DNA from: Phoronis australis
Taxonomy: Eukaryota > Animalia > Phoronida
Length of the DNA: 64,000 nt
Reading direction: 5' to 3'
Assembly (NCBI GenBank): GCA_002633005.1
Contig: NMRA01000505.1
Coordinates: 172,580 to 236,579 of the forward strand
Numbering within the stretch: the stretch's first letter is position 1; each line of letters opens with the position of its first letter. Made by a program: the position numbers and the translations under genes. Below the pieces are notes generated by a model, which worked only from the letters and a program-made list of their open reading frames with translations, searched no databases and was not told where the DNA came from. Shown here piece by piece: positions 1-43,600 of this stretch.

Positions 1-1028
1 GTGTTGCTGTGTTGCAAAATCTCTTATCCTGGGCCGATTTGAAAAATTCAAAGTTGTACTCATATTTGTTTTCGCTCCTCTTTTCAAATATTACAGTAAA
101 AACTACGTAAAACTCTCACCATAAAAAGTACAGTCTGCTAGCTAGATTGTAATCAGCTGATCATATCCGCATGAGCGAAGCCAATTATCCTCGCTCGTGA
201 CTCGATGACTAGAGCAGCCTGGCGGCATCCCTTTGATCGTGAGCCGAGTGCGACTCAGCCAAGGTGGATAAATACGGTCTAGTTCAATTTTCCATACCCC
301 GCCGTTTACCTTAACCACTGGGGTTAGAACCAATTTTATTTAGTGGGAATGTTCATAGCATGATAATGTTGAAGTGTGATTTTGGCTAGATTTTCTTCAC
401 AATATTGCCATGATTTACTGTTTTTTATGAAATAAAACCACAGTTTGTCAACTCCATATGACAGTAGTGTTTTTGTTGATTTTTTTCATTGAATAACATA
501 TAATGATTTTCTAATCAAACTCGTTAAAAAAATTCTTCAGTTTGGGACAAGTATAGTTGCTGATATTGTTGTTCTTTCAAAAGTTAAGTTGGTGTCTGGA
601 AAATCATTGAGTAGGTACATCGATTCTTTTACCTCCTTGAGGTATTTGACAAAATATAATTCCACTGGCCTGACATGATATTGTGTCCACAACTTGAGAA
701 TTTACATTTGTAGTTTTCAAGTTCTTGAAGTACACTTATTAAGGAACTGTTCAATTTTTTGAAAAATGATAAATCAATGCATTTTTTTAACACAAAATGC
801 CTCATAAAAAGCATAATTTTTTTTTATGTGTTGCTCATCTAAGTAGAATGTTTTTCACTTTGTTGCACATCAGTGTAAAAAACTCAAACTTTAGTATTAG
901 GGTTCGTAGTGAGTGTTTAAGAGTAATTACGGGACAAGGCAGTCTGAATCATTTGGTGTACAACAAATATATTATGACACTGTGCATTGGTATGTTAATT
1001 TTCTTACATGTCTTTTTTATATTTTCAG

Positions 1029-2740
1029 AGTGCCTCCAAAAAAAGTTGTCAGCTCCATCTCAATTTGGCAAAGCGAGACAGTTCCTGCAAGAGAACTTCA
1101 ATTCTGTTCCCAGTGAAAACATGAAAAATGGATATGCCCTCTATGTGTTCTCACAGTGCAACAAATCACTGACTGAGATAGTGTCAACTTTAAAGCGTGA
1201 ACTTATTGGTAATTGGAAAATGACTAGAAGCAATATATCAACTCGCTGGTGAATAGGTCACTAAAGAGTATCAATCAGTTTCAAATGAAAGAAGCATGTC
1301 CCAGTTTTAAGTGTGCGAAGAGTTGTTTCCTCTCGTTCCTGAACCCAGTGAAGAACATGTGTTGCGCGGTTGCTGACCCTCACCATGAACCTGTATTTCC
1401 TGAGCTGACGACCAGAGCTTGAAGCTGGCCCTTCAGTTGAATCAGAGCCATCCACCTCAACACCATCCTCTAAGCGAGAAGCCCTAACACCTACGAAACA
1501 AAAACTAAAGAGACGGCTACAGTATGTTTCGATGGAAAAGAAAACCATTCATGATCTCAAGTCTTCACTGAAGTCTGCAAAAGCATGTCAGATCAAACAT
1601 TTGACACAGCAGATAAAGCGCCAGAAAGTTACCACTGAACAAAAGAAAAAAGGAATCGGTTTGTGTGCCCCCAAGGGTATCTTTAGAGTTCATTGATGGA
1701 TTTTCATGAATCTTGGTAGTTAGGTTTCTATTAAGGAGACTACAATGCATTCCCATTTTCAGACATATTTGATGTATTCTGCATTACCTAAATTTTCTAG
1801 TGCATTTGCTCCATCCGCATTGCACCCCCTAGTGGGATTAAAATAATGACGATCAGTGTATCTGTGCGATGCACTTAGTGTGCCTTTGTATTTGTTACAG
1901 ATGGACTTTTGAACCTCTGGATAGTCTTGTTGCCGGTCAAGCAAAAATTTGTTCTTACTTAAAGTTGAACGAATCTCGTTTTGGTTTCATTTATCTTGTA
2001 AAATTGTATTACTACAACTACTTTTCTGTTATGGGTGGCAGCCATCTTGGCAGCCATTCTGTACAAAATAAACATGTATGCATAACACAATTGTATGATA
2101 TCCTTGCAGTTCATAAAAACACCTTTAATATTCATATATTACGTGTACATCATGGTTGCTGAATCAATCTCTTCTTGTGGTCGTTAATGCAGTAATGTTG
2201 GCAGCCATTTTGGCAGCTATTGCGGAAATGCCGAAAATATTGCCTAAACATGCTTTTCACCATTCTCTTCAAAAAAGCAATGAAAAGACCTATCATTAGG
2301 TATATCACACCATATAGTTCGTTAATGGTATATTACACCATATAGTTCATTAATGTAAAACAATAAGACGTTTTTGCAGTCATAATGGTGGCCATATTGT
2401 CCGCCATTTTGGAATTTGGAATTTTTTGTTGTCTTAAGAATGTTTCTCACCAAGTAAATGCTAGGATTATCATATCCTGAAATTTTCATGTTGTTATTAA
2501 AAGTATTGAGGAAGTTATTGTGAAAAAAATAATTTTGGGTCACATAAATGCGCCTTAATTCCCATGTATTCAGTGGACTAAAAAAAGGGCTAATTATCGC
2601 TCTTCAAACGTTCATAAAAAGTCAACGGCTCAACGGATTTTGTTAATTTTTTTTGTTTGAATTTGTTTTTGATGTTTTTTTAAATCAATGCATTTTTAAA
2701 TATTAAATAAGAATTTGAATTTTTTTGTCACGTCCCTACT
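1029..2740 (+). mobile_element. Probable decayed DNA transposon end with protein-like coding relic
   Basis: Interrupted protein-like frames from 1029 to 1670 (ECLQKKLSAPSQFGKARQFLQENF.., ELEAGPSVESEPSTSTPSSKREALTPTKQKLKRRLQY..), repeated GGCAGCCATYTTGG subterminal motifs, and an end GTCACGTCCCTA (TAGGGACG on the minus strand). The left end was not seen. Confidence 0.35.
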
Positions 2741-3186
2741 TTAATCAGAAGTAGCACACGAAGGAGTTCCAGTACAAACGATGGCAGAGCCTTACCCATC
2801 GTTACACATTTTGGGTGCTAGATCCCTCTGACAATTGACAACATGTGCTAAGGTGGTGATAAGATTTGGCCCTTGTTTTGTGTGTTTTGTGCATGCCCTC
2901 ACAAGGACATTTATGTATGAAAACCTCTTTCAAACACAACTCTGTGTTACGGTTTTACGTGGGTTTATTCTAGAAATCTACAAGATACATCTATTCACTA
3001 TGCTGTCTAACTCTCAACTGAAGACTTGTTTGTCAGAACTAAAGATCATATGCTCATGAGTCATAATCAGATTTCAGAGAATTGTTTTGCACAACTTACA
3101 CAATCTATGATTCTAGCTACCAGTGCCATATAAGGTTATGTTTTGGACTCTGCAAGTTTAATGAAAACCACGAACATAACAATTTA

Positions 3187-4113
3187 GGCAATGACCATCG
3201 CCTCTGTTGGCCCGAAACAGAGGCGATGTAGAGGCTATAGGCGCTCTGTACGCCGGAAGCTTTACGGCGAATTATGCTTCGCACCGACTAAACCATCAAA
3301 GTCACGTTGTTATAAATACCTTTTGCGCATAGATGAACACCTGAGGAGGTTGTCGATGTGTTTAATTCCTTCCAACACGAACAAATACTCCCATTATCAA
3401 ACTTTTTCTTCGAGCAGTCCCTATTTCAGTTCCCAAAATCGTGAAATCAACATTTTCATTTTTTTAACCAGGCCGAAGGTCAGAAGTTGCGGACCTACCG
3501 GCGAACTTTGAAAGCTGAAGTTCGCGTACGTGCTGTCGGGAACCAGCCGTGCATTTGCCGTGTTGTTAAACATTAAAATGTCAAATATGTGCACAAAGAC
3601 TATTAAATGTCATATCAACAGCATTTATTTTTATCAAATACAAACAATAATTCATTGAAATACAATCAGTTTCAAGTAACGCCAATTAAAGACAAGTATA
3701 AGTGGTGGAATTTTGGAAACGAACATTTGACTGACAAGACCGCAATGGCTCACCTTTGGCCTATTTAAAGATTGAGGTCATGAAGTCACATCACCTAGCG
3801 AGCGCGCTAAAAATTGGAGCGTGCACAGTATAAAAATGGTGAGTTCACGATTTTGGGAACTGAAATAGGGACTGCTCGAAGAAAAAGTTTGATAATGGAA
3901 GTATTTGTTCGAGTTGGAAGGAATTAAACACACCAACAACCTCCTCAGGTGTTTCTCTATGTGCAAAAGGTATTTATAACAACGTGAATTTGATGGTTTA
4001 GTCAGTGCGAGCATGGTGCGAGGCATAATTCGCCGAAAAGCTTCCGGCGTACAGAGCGCCTATAGCCTCTGCATCGCCTCTGGTTCGGGTCAACAGAGGC
4101 GATGGTCATTGCC
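3187..4113. mobile_element. Foldback/MITE-type non-autonomous DNA transposon with ~280-bp TIRs
   Basis: 3187-~3460 is the reverse complement of ~3835-4113 (GGCAATGACCATCGCCTCTG...). It is flanked by TA on both sides. Confidence 0.88.
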
Positions 4114-4445
4114 TAAAGGACATTTTGTGATGACCAGTGTCCATGCCCCTGTGGTTAGGTCAGCACCACCCTGGGTATTTTCTAACTTTTCATTACATGT
4201 TGCTCTCAGCTCACTGGTGGTTTCATCTCCACCTAGCAATTTTGCATGTGTTCCCTATTCAATGCTCAAGGCTAGTAGAAATGCAGGCAATTGTTTTGTG
4301 CAGTGGGTGTTACACATTCAAGTAAGAAGAAGAAAAGGCAATTCATAACTGCCACAACATTGTAATCCATTCTGATGCACTATCACATATAATTTTAGAA
4401 CATTCCATTATTTCACAGTGATATGCTGGTTCAGGGTAAACTTCC

Positions 4446-4639
4446 CACTCTCCCACTATAATCAGCAATAGTTACAAGTCAGTTGCTAATGTGACATGTC
4501 AGTACACGGTAGACTCCTCACTCTCCCACTATAATCAGCAATAGTTACAAGTCAGTTGCTAATGTGACGTGTCAGTACACGGTAGACTCCTCACTCTCCC
4601 ACTATAATCACCAATAGTTACAAGTCAGTTGCTAATGTG
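4446..4639. repeat. 73-bp tandem repeat, ~2.6 copies
   Basis: cactctcccactataatcagcaatagttacaag... starts at 4446, 4519 and 4592. Confidence 0.93.
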
Positions 4640-5884
4640 TAGAATAGATGACAACTTATAAAACAAAACTCATAGATATAGATTTGAGACCCTGTGGCTG
4701 CATGACTGATCATGTCTGTAATACCGGTCATATTGACCCTTGGCCATGGATACGTTTTTCTAAAATTATCTCTGCGATTGTTCGGGTGACTGACATGTTG
4801 ACATTTTGATTTGGAATACATGGACGGCAAATATCCAAAATAGCTGACAATCACGTCATTAATCATAGTCCTTCCGCCAGCAGCCTGGATGTGCAACAGG
4901 CCTTAAGCCTACACTGCAGACGACAGTGGCACAGGGATTGCGGTCCACTTGTCTTCCAACTGTGTGCACAGAACACACCAAATAAAAGACAATGTATCAT
5001 ATTACTGAGTATTGGATAAGAAATAATCCTTACTTTTATGGATCCTTAGGAAAAATTACAGTTCTGGTGTTTTCGTGGATGAATTTGTGCAATTTATTGC
5101 TCTGCAAATGGTGCCCTTCGCCGCTGTTCTAGCACTTCGTACTTGACCGTTGCTTATTCGCTACTTGGCGGCGCTGGTAGTAGTGATAACAGCAAACTCA
5201 TAAGTGAACAATCCTATTGTACAATACTCCTTGACTAGAGTGCCTTCACAGGGAGCAGATAAAGGTCCTAGGGGTCCGAGTCTCAAGTCAGGGCAGAAAT
5301 GTTATGCTCGTTAGATCATGTGATGTGGCCACAGGTGGTGTGCGCATTAGACTGGGTACTCAAATTGTGTAGCACTTTGGGCATTATAACTCATTATACA
5401 AATAAGGTGAATTGGAAAACCAACATAATGCACGTGGCAGTGCTTGTTTACTTCACCAAGCTCCTACAGGAGGGAGCATCAGGAATGCTCTGGAAATGAG
5501 GCATCTATTAGAAAGTTTGTGTATTGAAGTTTTTGTCAAGCTAAGGTTTGAATTGGCGACCCAGCCTTGCTAGTGTGCCTTGAGTGCTTGGCATTCATTG
5601 CTTCATTCCTTATTCAGTGGCGAACTGACATTTTTTGAATGAGCCTGAGTGTTTAGGTCATCTAAATGAATTACATTGGTGTGCTGTAACTTTTAGTTAA
5701 CATGGAGGGTGAGATTGAGGATTTTGGAATCTGTCTGAGGCAGCTGCAGCAGGTGTGCACTGGATATGTTGACGAAGCCCAGGTTGGCTCTGTCTTAAGG
5801 CCCTTTGTGTTGGATGTGATGGGGAAGCTACATGTACATAAGTTAGAAATCAATAATTGCTGGAGATTCTTTTCTTCTTTTTAG

Positions 5885-36571
<30,687 letters not shown>

Positions 36572-37901
36572 TAATACAGCTGTGAGGGAGGAAAAGTTGA
36601 CAGATATTCCACTGACATAGGCAAGTTATAAGAAAGGAGGCTTCTGACGGTCTAAGTACCAGCGATTTCAAATACACGGATATCCCGCTAATACGGACAA
36701 GTCAGACGAAAGGAGACCTCTGGTGATGCGGCTGTGAACAAAAAGAATTTACTTTTGAAGAACACGGCTCATCAATCACGAAGTTTTTGAGACAATGCAT
36801 CTGCTTGTGTTCTATTCACAAACATGAGTTAATGGGACAATGTGACTTGTTCTGGACCATTTATTGTTTGCATTAGTCTCTTTTTGGGCTATGTGCCTGG
36901 TGCAAGCTTTGGGCAATTTGAACGTTTTAAGCCTTGAAAGCAGTTCTGGAAGTGACACGATTTGATATTTGTGGGAAGATGAAAGTAACCCTGTGTTCCT
37001 TGTGGCCACAGAAATTTGAGCATGAACTGCTTCTCTTTGACGTGCAATGTCTGCCAACAAGCTGAAGTGGCCATATACCCACCTTCATCACACATACTAT
37101 AATTTGATTTAAAACTGTCCACTGACTGCTGGCAAATAGGTCTCAATTGGTTGTGTAGTCAAATTTGAGGTAACTTTAGGGCTTTGAAAAGAACAGTTCA
37201 TTTATTCTTGACACGGAACTCTACATGTTGACTTGTCATTGTGCATTATTGTGTGCGTGCATGGTCTTAAATAGTAATGAACTGTCAACCCAGAAATCAC
37301 CTGCTTTGCTTCATGGAATGTTGGTTGATTTTTGCTTTAAGAGAAGCATTTTTGATCTGGAAATGTGAGAAATTGTAATTTATTCATGATAATCTGCCCA
37401 GCTTATTTTGACATTAAATATGTTTTATTTAACAATGTCATTTTACTGATTCAGTAATTCACAGTAGTACCAGTGTCTAGCACCAGTGACTAGCACCAGC
37501 GACACAAACAACCAACTTGGTATGGTCTTGCTTGTCTACACATCTCATTGTAATGTTCCCGGGAGCTCTGAACACGCGTCATTAGTACCCCTAGATTTGA
37601 TTCAATGCAGTGGTTCATGATCTGAAACAAAATATATTAGACAGTTATCACATATTGAACACTTGATGTGATTAATTATTTTTAGATTAAAAAAGTATAT
37701 GTATAACATTTCTTTGATCCAGTGGGTCAATTTACATTAATGTCTTTGGGATCTAGGATTTCACAAGGACGTGCTTGCAAGGTTATTTTCCCACACAGTG
37801 ATGTAATGCATAGCTTTCTGTAGAAGGAGGGTACCTGGATCAGCTTGTCGTTTTGGTTACCATGACTTCCCTACCAAAGCAGTTGTGTTTAAAGCCCGTT
37901 T

Positions 37902-38068
37902 CAGGGCGGATCCAGGATTTTGAGTTAGGGGATCCAGGGCAGAGTATTAGCTACTATTTTGCCCGTCTGACATTCGCAGCCCCAAACTGCCTGAAATGGA
38001 ATCTGGGAGAATTTTCGGGGGGCCATGTCCCCCTTGGCCCCCCCCCCAAAAAAAAATATCCGCCTCTG
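37902..38068 (+). mobile_element. ~160-bp mini-MITE (hAT5-like)
   Basis: CAGGGCGGATCCAGG..ATCCGCCTCTG; flanks CGTTT/GGTTT; homologs at 42822 and 55091. Confidence 0.8.
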
Positions 38069-38169
38069 GGTTTACATGCCCAGCTGCTACACTTCTGATA
38101 ATTGCGATAGAAAAATTCGATCTAACTGTTGTCGTTTCGCTATTTTTACCTTGAGTGATTTATTTGGAT

Positions 38170-40386
38170 TTACATATGTGCAGCAAACCCGCGGCCACAT
38201 CCACCATTCGATGTGCAGTCAGCACCGCAAGAAAAGGCTTGTGAAGCTGAAATATAATGTATAGACCAACTGTTCACTTTCGGTGGCTACATCTTTATCT
38301 CTATAATCGTTTTACAGTAAAACTATAGGTGTGAGGAACTGGCCTGTCCTCTTCAAAAGTTGGTAATCTTTAGAAGTATGAATGGCAGATTCTGATCAAG
38401 TCTGCGAGATCCTTGAAATTGAGCCAGTGTTTGATGATTGAACAGTGATTCCTGTTCCATAAAAAATAATTCGCATTTGTAGTTCTCAAACTTCGAGATG
38501 TTTTGGTTTGAAGTTTGAATCTGACTGGTTCTACTTACTTGCACATTTGCACGGCGGTGGGCAACTGCAGCCACATTCGTCTTCTTTACCATCTGCAAAA
38601 AAGAAAAAAGTAAAGATTACTTTGGTCAAAAAACGACTTCTATATTGACTCTGGATATCCTGTTTTTTCATTTTTTTGAAAATAATGGCACCCGAAAGGA
38701 ATTTGTTTCGCCATAGATTTCACTTACTTGAGTGGTGCGTGTGCTACGTACCTGATGCTCGTTGACAGGCTGGTCCACACTCACATTGTGTAGTAGTAGT
38801 GGTATTCTTAGTGCTGCAGCAGCTCCTAACTACGTTAGCCCGTGTATCCACTAAAACAGTAAATAAGAACATGCATCATATATGGTATGGGAAGCAGACT
38901 ATGACTAAATAGATAGATACCGGGAGATGGGTCTCGATGAAGCGCATTAGAAGGCGCCCCCTTGCCGCAAAAAAGTTCATCAAGCTTTTCCGCTAGAGGC
39001 GCCCTTTTTATAGAAAGGAAAACGCCAAAAATGCAAAATTTTGGATGTGATAAGGTGTATAAGATTTTTTGTGTTTCGTCTCTGCCACTTTTTACAAATT
39101 TGTTGAAATGTTAGTAATGATACAATGAATGCGATTGAGGAGGTTATAAACTGTTGGCGGAACTTTTGAGTTCCTTAGTGATTATTTTCTAGCATGTGTG
39201 CATTGAATATATTCTGAAAAGAATGGAGTACTTTTTTAAACTCTTGAGATTAATGTGCACAACAGGCAAATAACAACGTTTGTGAGACGTTTTTGATACG
39301 AAATAATGTCTTTTTTCGTTACCTTGGTAACTACAGTCTCAAAACTGGAATTAGTAATCTTTTAGGCATATTCTTCGTCTGTTAATGTTATTAAATATAA
39401 TGTTAACCAGTTTTCCAGTTTACAGAAGTGCTTTATGTAGCGATTGGAAGGATGGTTAATGCATGTTACACAAGAAGTTGGCGCAAAACTGTGTGATATT
39501 TATTTTGAAGTTAAAACCTTGCGTTCAGTTTTTACTTTTTCATTTCAACAATTTATCACACAATCTTTATCAGTTATGAAAAAATTCCAACATTAAACTC
39601 ATTCATCTGTGTTGTATCATGCTAGCGATAAAAGCACATGGACGAGTTATTCCTTATTTCTCGTGTCCTCAAGAACCGCTTCGAATTAACTATCTAACTC
39701 GTTACATTTTTTGTTAACAATGTATTCTGTCGGACAATGAATTTCTATGTGTGTCTCATATCCGATTCAGCAAACTCGCAATCTGTACGTTAAGTTGGGT
39801 TTGATCCGATGGCCTTGTCATGGCTAGCAATACCGAGCTGACGTTTGCAGTTGACTCTGAAGCTACAAACTTAGTTTGGCTTGGCCCCGCGTTGCCGACA
39901 TCCTTACAGCCGTTGGGTCAGCCGCTGTTGGAAAAAGCCGACAGTTTGACGATAATGAATTCTTTCTTACTGGTTAAAACATACATAGGCATACATCTTT
40001 ATTTAAACTCGTGCATTCATATATACAAACATTAGCCAGAGGCTAGCCGGATGAAGCAGAGTATTATTAAATTGATAACAAAATAACAAAGAGTATTTCC
40101 ATGTGCACAGGGAGTATTTACAAAAACATACATGAGGCAGTGTAATCTAGATTGCTAGGTATTGAAAGTATAGTGAGGTAAAAAAGAACTGTTTAGGTCT
40201 TATAGGTATAGGTATAATATGAAAGGATACACACATACGCACATATACACACGCATACGCACATACATACACACATACAGATTTACCATTAAACCAGCTA
40301 ATACATGAAAATACAATATAGTTGTAAGATGTATAAAAAAGATATTTACAATATGAAGCTGAAGCTTAGCTAATTATATATGTATG

Positions 40387-40434
<48 letters not shown>

Positions 40435-41972
40435 TATATACACACATACATAGGGGCCTACACACGCACATACATACATGCATACATACGCACAGAAATG
40501 TATAAACACACGCATATATGTACACTACACACGTGTGTTCACACACACACACACACGCTCACATATATAAAACGGCTTAAACTGAAGAAAGTAACACATA
40601 AATAGACAGGTCTGTGAGTTTCAGGATTCCATGTTTAAAAGTTTGAATTGTTTTTGCGTTTTTATGTGGTAGTCTATTGAGTTCCAGAGTTTAGGAGCTA
40701 GAACTCTAAATCTGCATGCCATATTTTGTTGTGTTGACGTTGGGAATGTAAAGATTCATCAATCCACTGAGACTTTAAGAATTGTCACGTGTTTAGAAGG
40801 TCACTGATGTATGATGGGGTTTGATGATGAAGAGCTTTGTAAGTATCAGTTTGTTGCAGGCGTCTATTGTAAAGGTAAGTTTGATTTGTTTGTATTAGTA
40901 AGTCTTAAAAGTCGATTTTGCCAGGAAATTTCTAAATGGATCTGAGTGCAGATTTGAAAGATTTTTCAAATTTGTCGGATTTTTTTTTAACAGAAATGCC
41001 AGATAATGTCACACTGGTTGTAGTAGCTATTGAGGAAAGAGCATGACGTGTGAGTTATGAGAGAGGAGACTTTTCAGTCTTCTCATAATGGCGACTTGTT
41101 TTGCAGTTTTTTTAGAGATATCTGTGTGTGTGTCAAAGAGTAACTTATTGCCTGTTTTGATGCCATAAAGGTCAACAGAGTTACTGAGTGGGATGGAGAT
41201 GGAGTTCATAGAGAAGGTCGGGTAAGAATCTGGTGTTTGTCTGGTCTGTGTAGGAGCATAGCCTGGGATTTGTCTGGGTTGATGACCATAAATTTTTTTC
41301 AAAAACCAATGCTGTTCTAGTATATTTAGGCCCGAGTTTATTGTGGATTGGAGAATCTGAATGTCGCGAGAGGCACAATAGAAATTGTTATCATCGGCAT
41401 ATAAGTGTATGACGCAGATAATTGTAAAAATATTGAAAAAGAGAGGACCTAGCAGGGAACCTTGTGGAACGCCAATACGGTGACCGGCGCCCAGTCGGAA
41501 GAAGTGTTTTGTCAAATGGCAAAGTATTTTGAAGTTGAAACTTCTACGACTTTCATGGAACATGTAACGTGAACATTTCCATTTAACTTCTTTTGCGCTG
41601 TTTCGTTCGTATTCAGCCCGAGTTGATTACTCGTGACCATCAATTCTACCGAGTGGTGCTGTCTCCCTAGGGAGGACGATCAGGAGCATGTACCGTACTA
41701 CAATAGTGAAACAGGTCGGTACTACGTTATGTTTGGTGAATAGCCTGGCGAGCGAACACGCTCCTATACTAACGTTGAATTATATGATGACCTTGTGAAT
41801 GCCCGAGACCACCATTTCGCCGTCATGCGATGATGCCACAAAGTCGGCCGGGGAAGGAGTCACCACGGACCACGGAAACCCTAAGAAACCTGTTGGTTAC
41901 ACGTTGTTCGTGTTCGGAAACTGCAGCACGGTACTGATAATTCTCACCTGTTTCTTTCGTGCTGTTCGACAT
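38170..41972 (-). CDS. Small Cys-rich metallothionein-like protein, 4 exons, 84 aa (possibly degenerating)
   Basis: Exons 41948-41972 (cctaccATG...G|gtgag), 38752-38850, 38539-38592 and 38170-38246 have GT-AG boundaries, three phase-1 introns and total 255 nt in frame: MSNSTKETVDTRANVVRSCCSTKNTTTTTQCECGPACQRASDGKEDECGCSCPPPCKCATSQAFSCGADCTSNGGCGRGFAAHM*. It has 13 Cys in CC, CxC and CxCxC motifs. Exon 1 is the least certain. Confidence 0.7.
40380..40570. repeat. (TA)n/(CA)n microsatellite region
   Basis: Direct reading. Confidence 0.95.
40620..41490 (-). mobile_element. 5'-truncated CR1/L2-type LINE reverse transcriptase relic inside intron 1 of the MT-like gene
   Basis: GVPQGSLLGPLFFNIF..HLYADD..LQSTIN..LYGIKTGNKLLFDTH, with frameshifts. 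Confidence 0.85.
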
Positions 41973-42120
41973 GGTAGGAAATTATTTGATGACCACTTTC
42001 TATGCAATTCACTGGCACGGGTTAAACGCAATCCGCTATCGCTATTTTCTCTACTAGGTCAAAATGAGGTCATGTTATCTGGAAAACTTTCAACGTACTG
42101 GGTGCATGGGAAATAAGACG

Positions 42121-42280
42121 AGTACAGGGTGTCCCAGAATCAAGGACAGCTGACTGGTACGCATGCTCAAGAAAGTCACGGAATGGGGTGCGTTGAGTAT
42201 TCAGTACAGGATGTCCCAGAATCAAGGACAGCTGGCTGGTACGCATGCTCAAGAAAGTGAGTGGGGTGCGATGAGTATTC
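42121..42280. repeat. ~82-bp direct tandem duplication
   Basis: agtacagg.tgtcccagaatcaaggacagctg.ctggtacgcatgctcaagaaagt at 42121 and 42203. Confidence 0.9.
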
Positions 42281-42821
42281 CTCTAGCTGGGGCCATTTGT
42301 GACTTTGGAACGTGTACATGTCAAAGTGAACAGACCCTTGTGGGTGAACATATTCAAGATAAAGGATTTATTCAAACCTCAGAAATTCACAATTAAATCA
42401 TCAAGAGTCCCACATGATAATGAACCCGATGCATTAAGTGTCATTGCTTTTGACTGAGATACGTACTCAAGCTCGTACATCCTGCGTCGGCGGCTGACCA
42501 CTGAGTAGGGGCGGATTCGCAGTACGAAGTACCAACAATAGTCCGAACATGCAGGGCAATAGTTCGAAAAGCGACGGCCGGGTCTTGGACTCAGTTGATA
42601 GCCACCTGTACGTGGCCTCGGGTTCAAACGGCGGTCATCGGCTGATGGTGGTTCGTTAATAGGCCATCGGATGCTGTAATGAAAAACATGTGAATTTCAT
42701 GGACAATACATCACGGTGCTGATTCAGGAAAAAACAATAGCATAAGCAGTGCTGTAGTGGGGCGTAAGCGCACGTAGGCGCAGCCAACCACCTTTTAAGG
42801 CATTTAAACGTAGCGCCTACG

Positions 42822-42972
42822 CAGGGGTGGATCCAGGATTTTGAGTTAGGGGAGGGGGCAGGGCAGAGTATAAGAAAGGATTCTCCCGTCAGACATTCGC
42901 ACACCCGAACTGCATGCCAAGTGGAATTTGGGGCATGGCCCCTTAATTGGCACCCCTCTAAATCCGCCACTG
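42822..42972 (+). mobile_element. ~150-bp mini-MITE (hAT5-like)
   Basis: CAGGGGTGGATCCAGG..AATCCGCCACTG; flanks CTACG/TTACG. Confidence 0.8.
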
Positions 42973-43170
42973 TTACGTACCGTAAGTTACGTTCTATAGT
43001 GGGGCGTATGCGCAGCAAACCATCTTTTTACATCTTAACTTAGCGCCTACGCACTGTAGTTAGTGACGGAATAGTGGGGCGTAGTCTTATTACAATAGCT
43101 TACGCTATATCAATGCACAGCTACATGTACGCTGACGACAGCATTGTTGTGAACTTGGAGTGGCGTTGAC

Positions 43171-43600
43171 TTGACCTACAATGACGAGCAGTCATTTTGC
43201 TCTCTGTGCATCTTAGATCCCAAAACGTGGCCGATGGGATCCAGAATAAAACATGGCCAGCACGAAGTCAGGCGTATTTGCGATCTGTTTGGGCTGGTTG
43301 TCACAAGGACAATCAGAGGAATGAGTGAGTTCGTAGAAATGGAGGAGACGGTTAGAGCAGAAAACCTACTCTGCGACAACTGGACCTCTGCATTAAGACT
43401 CTTCCTTGCAGTACAGATGAATGTGAACGAGGATTTAGCAAAATTAATCGGATAGTAAGCCTAACAGACGAACGCTCTTGTTTGCTATAAAAATACCTCC
43501 AGCTCGTTCTGTTTGGCAAGGTCAATGGTCCCCCGCTTTCCCGATGTTCGACCCGCAATTTTATGAAGTGCCGAAACGCGGATGATTTGACAACACGGAA
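43171..43600 (+). pseudogene. hAT transposase C-terminal (dimerisation domain) relic
   Basis: ILDPKTWP..HGQHEVRRICDLFGL, then after a frameshift LCIKTLPCSTDECERGFSKINRI..RSCL*..KVNGPPL. The CERGFS motif is typical of hAT C-terminal domains. Confidence 0.75.

Noticed and set aside
3191-4026. Two similar ORFs on opposite strands as duplicated genes
   Set aside because: They are translations of the two arms of the inverted-repeat element.
5062-5210. Missing CLPB 5' exon (mitochondrial presequence)
   Set aside because: An acceptor-like site is present, but all three frames hit stops before a suitable phase-1 donor.
38353-38598. 81-aa minus-strand ORF (MQMVKKTN..)
   Set aside because: Wrong frame across exon 3 of the MT-like gene, reading on into the intron.
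40370-40605. YI/HT-rich ORFs (also 48526-48778)
   Set aside because: Translations of (TA)n/(CA)n microsatellites.
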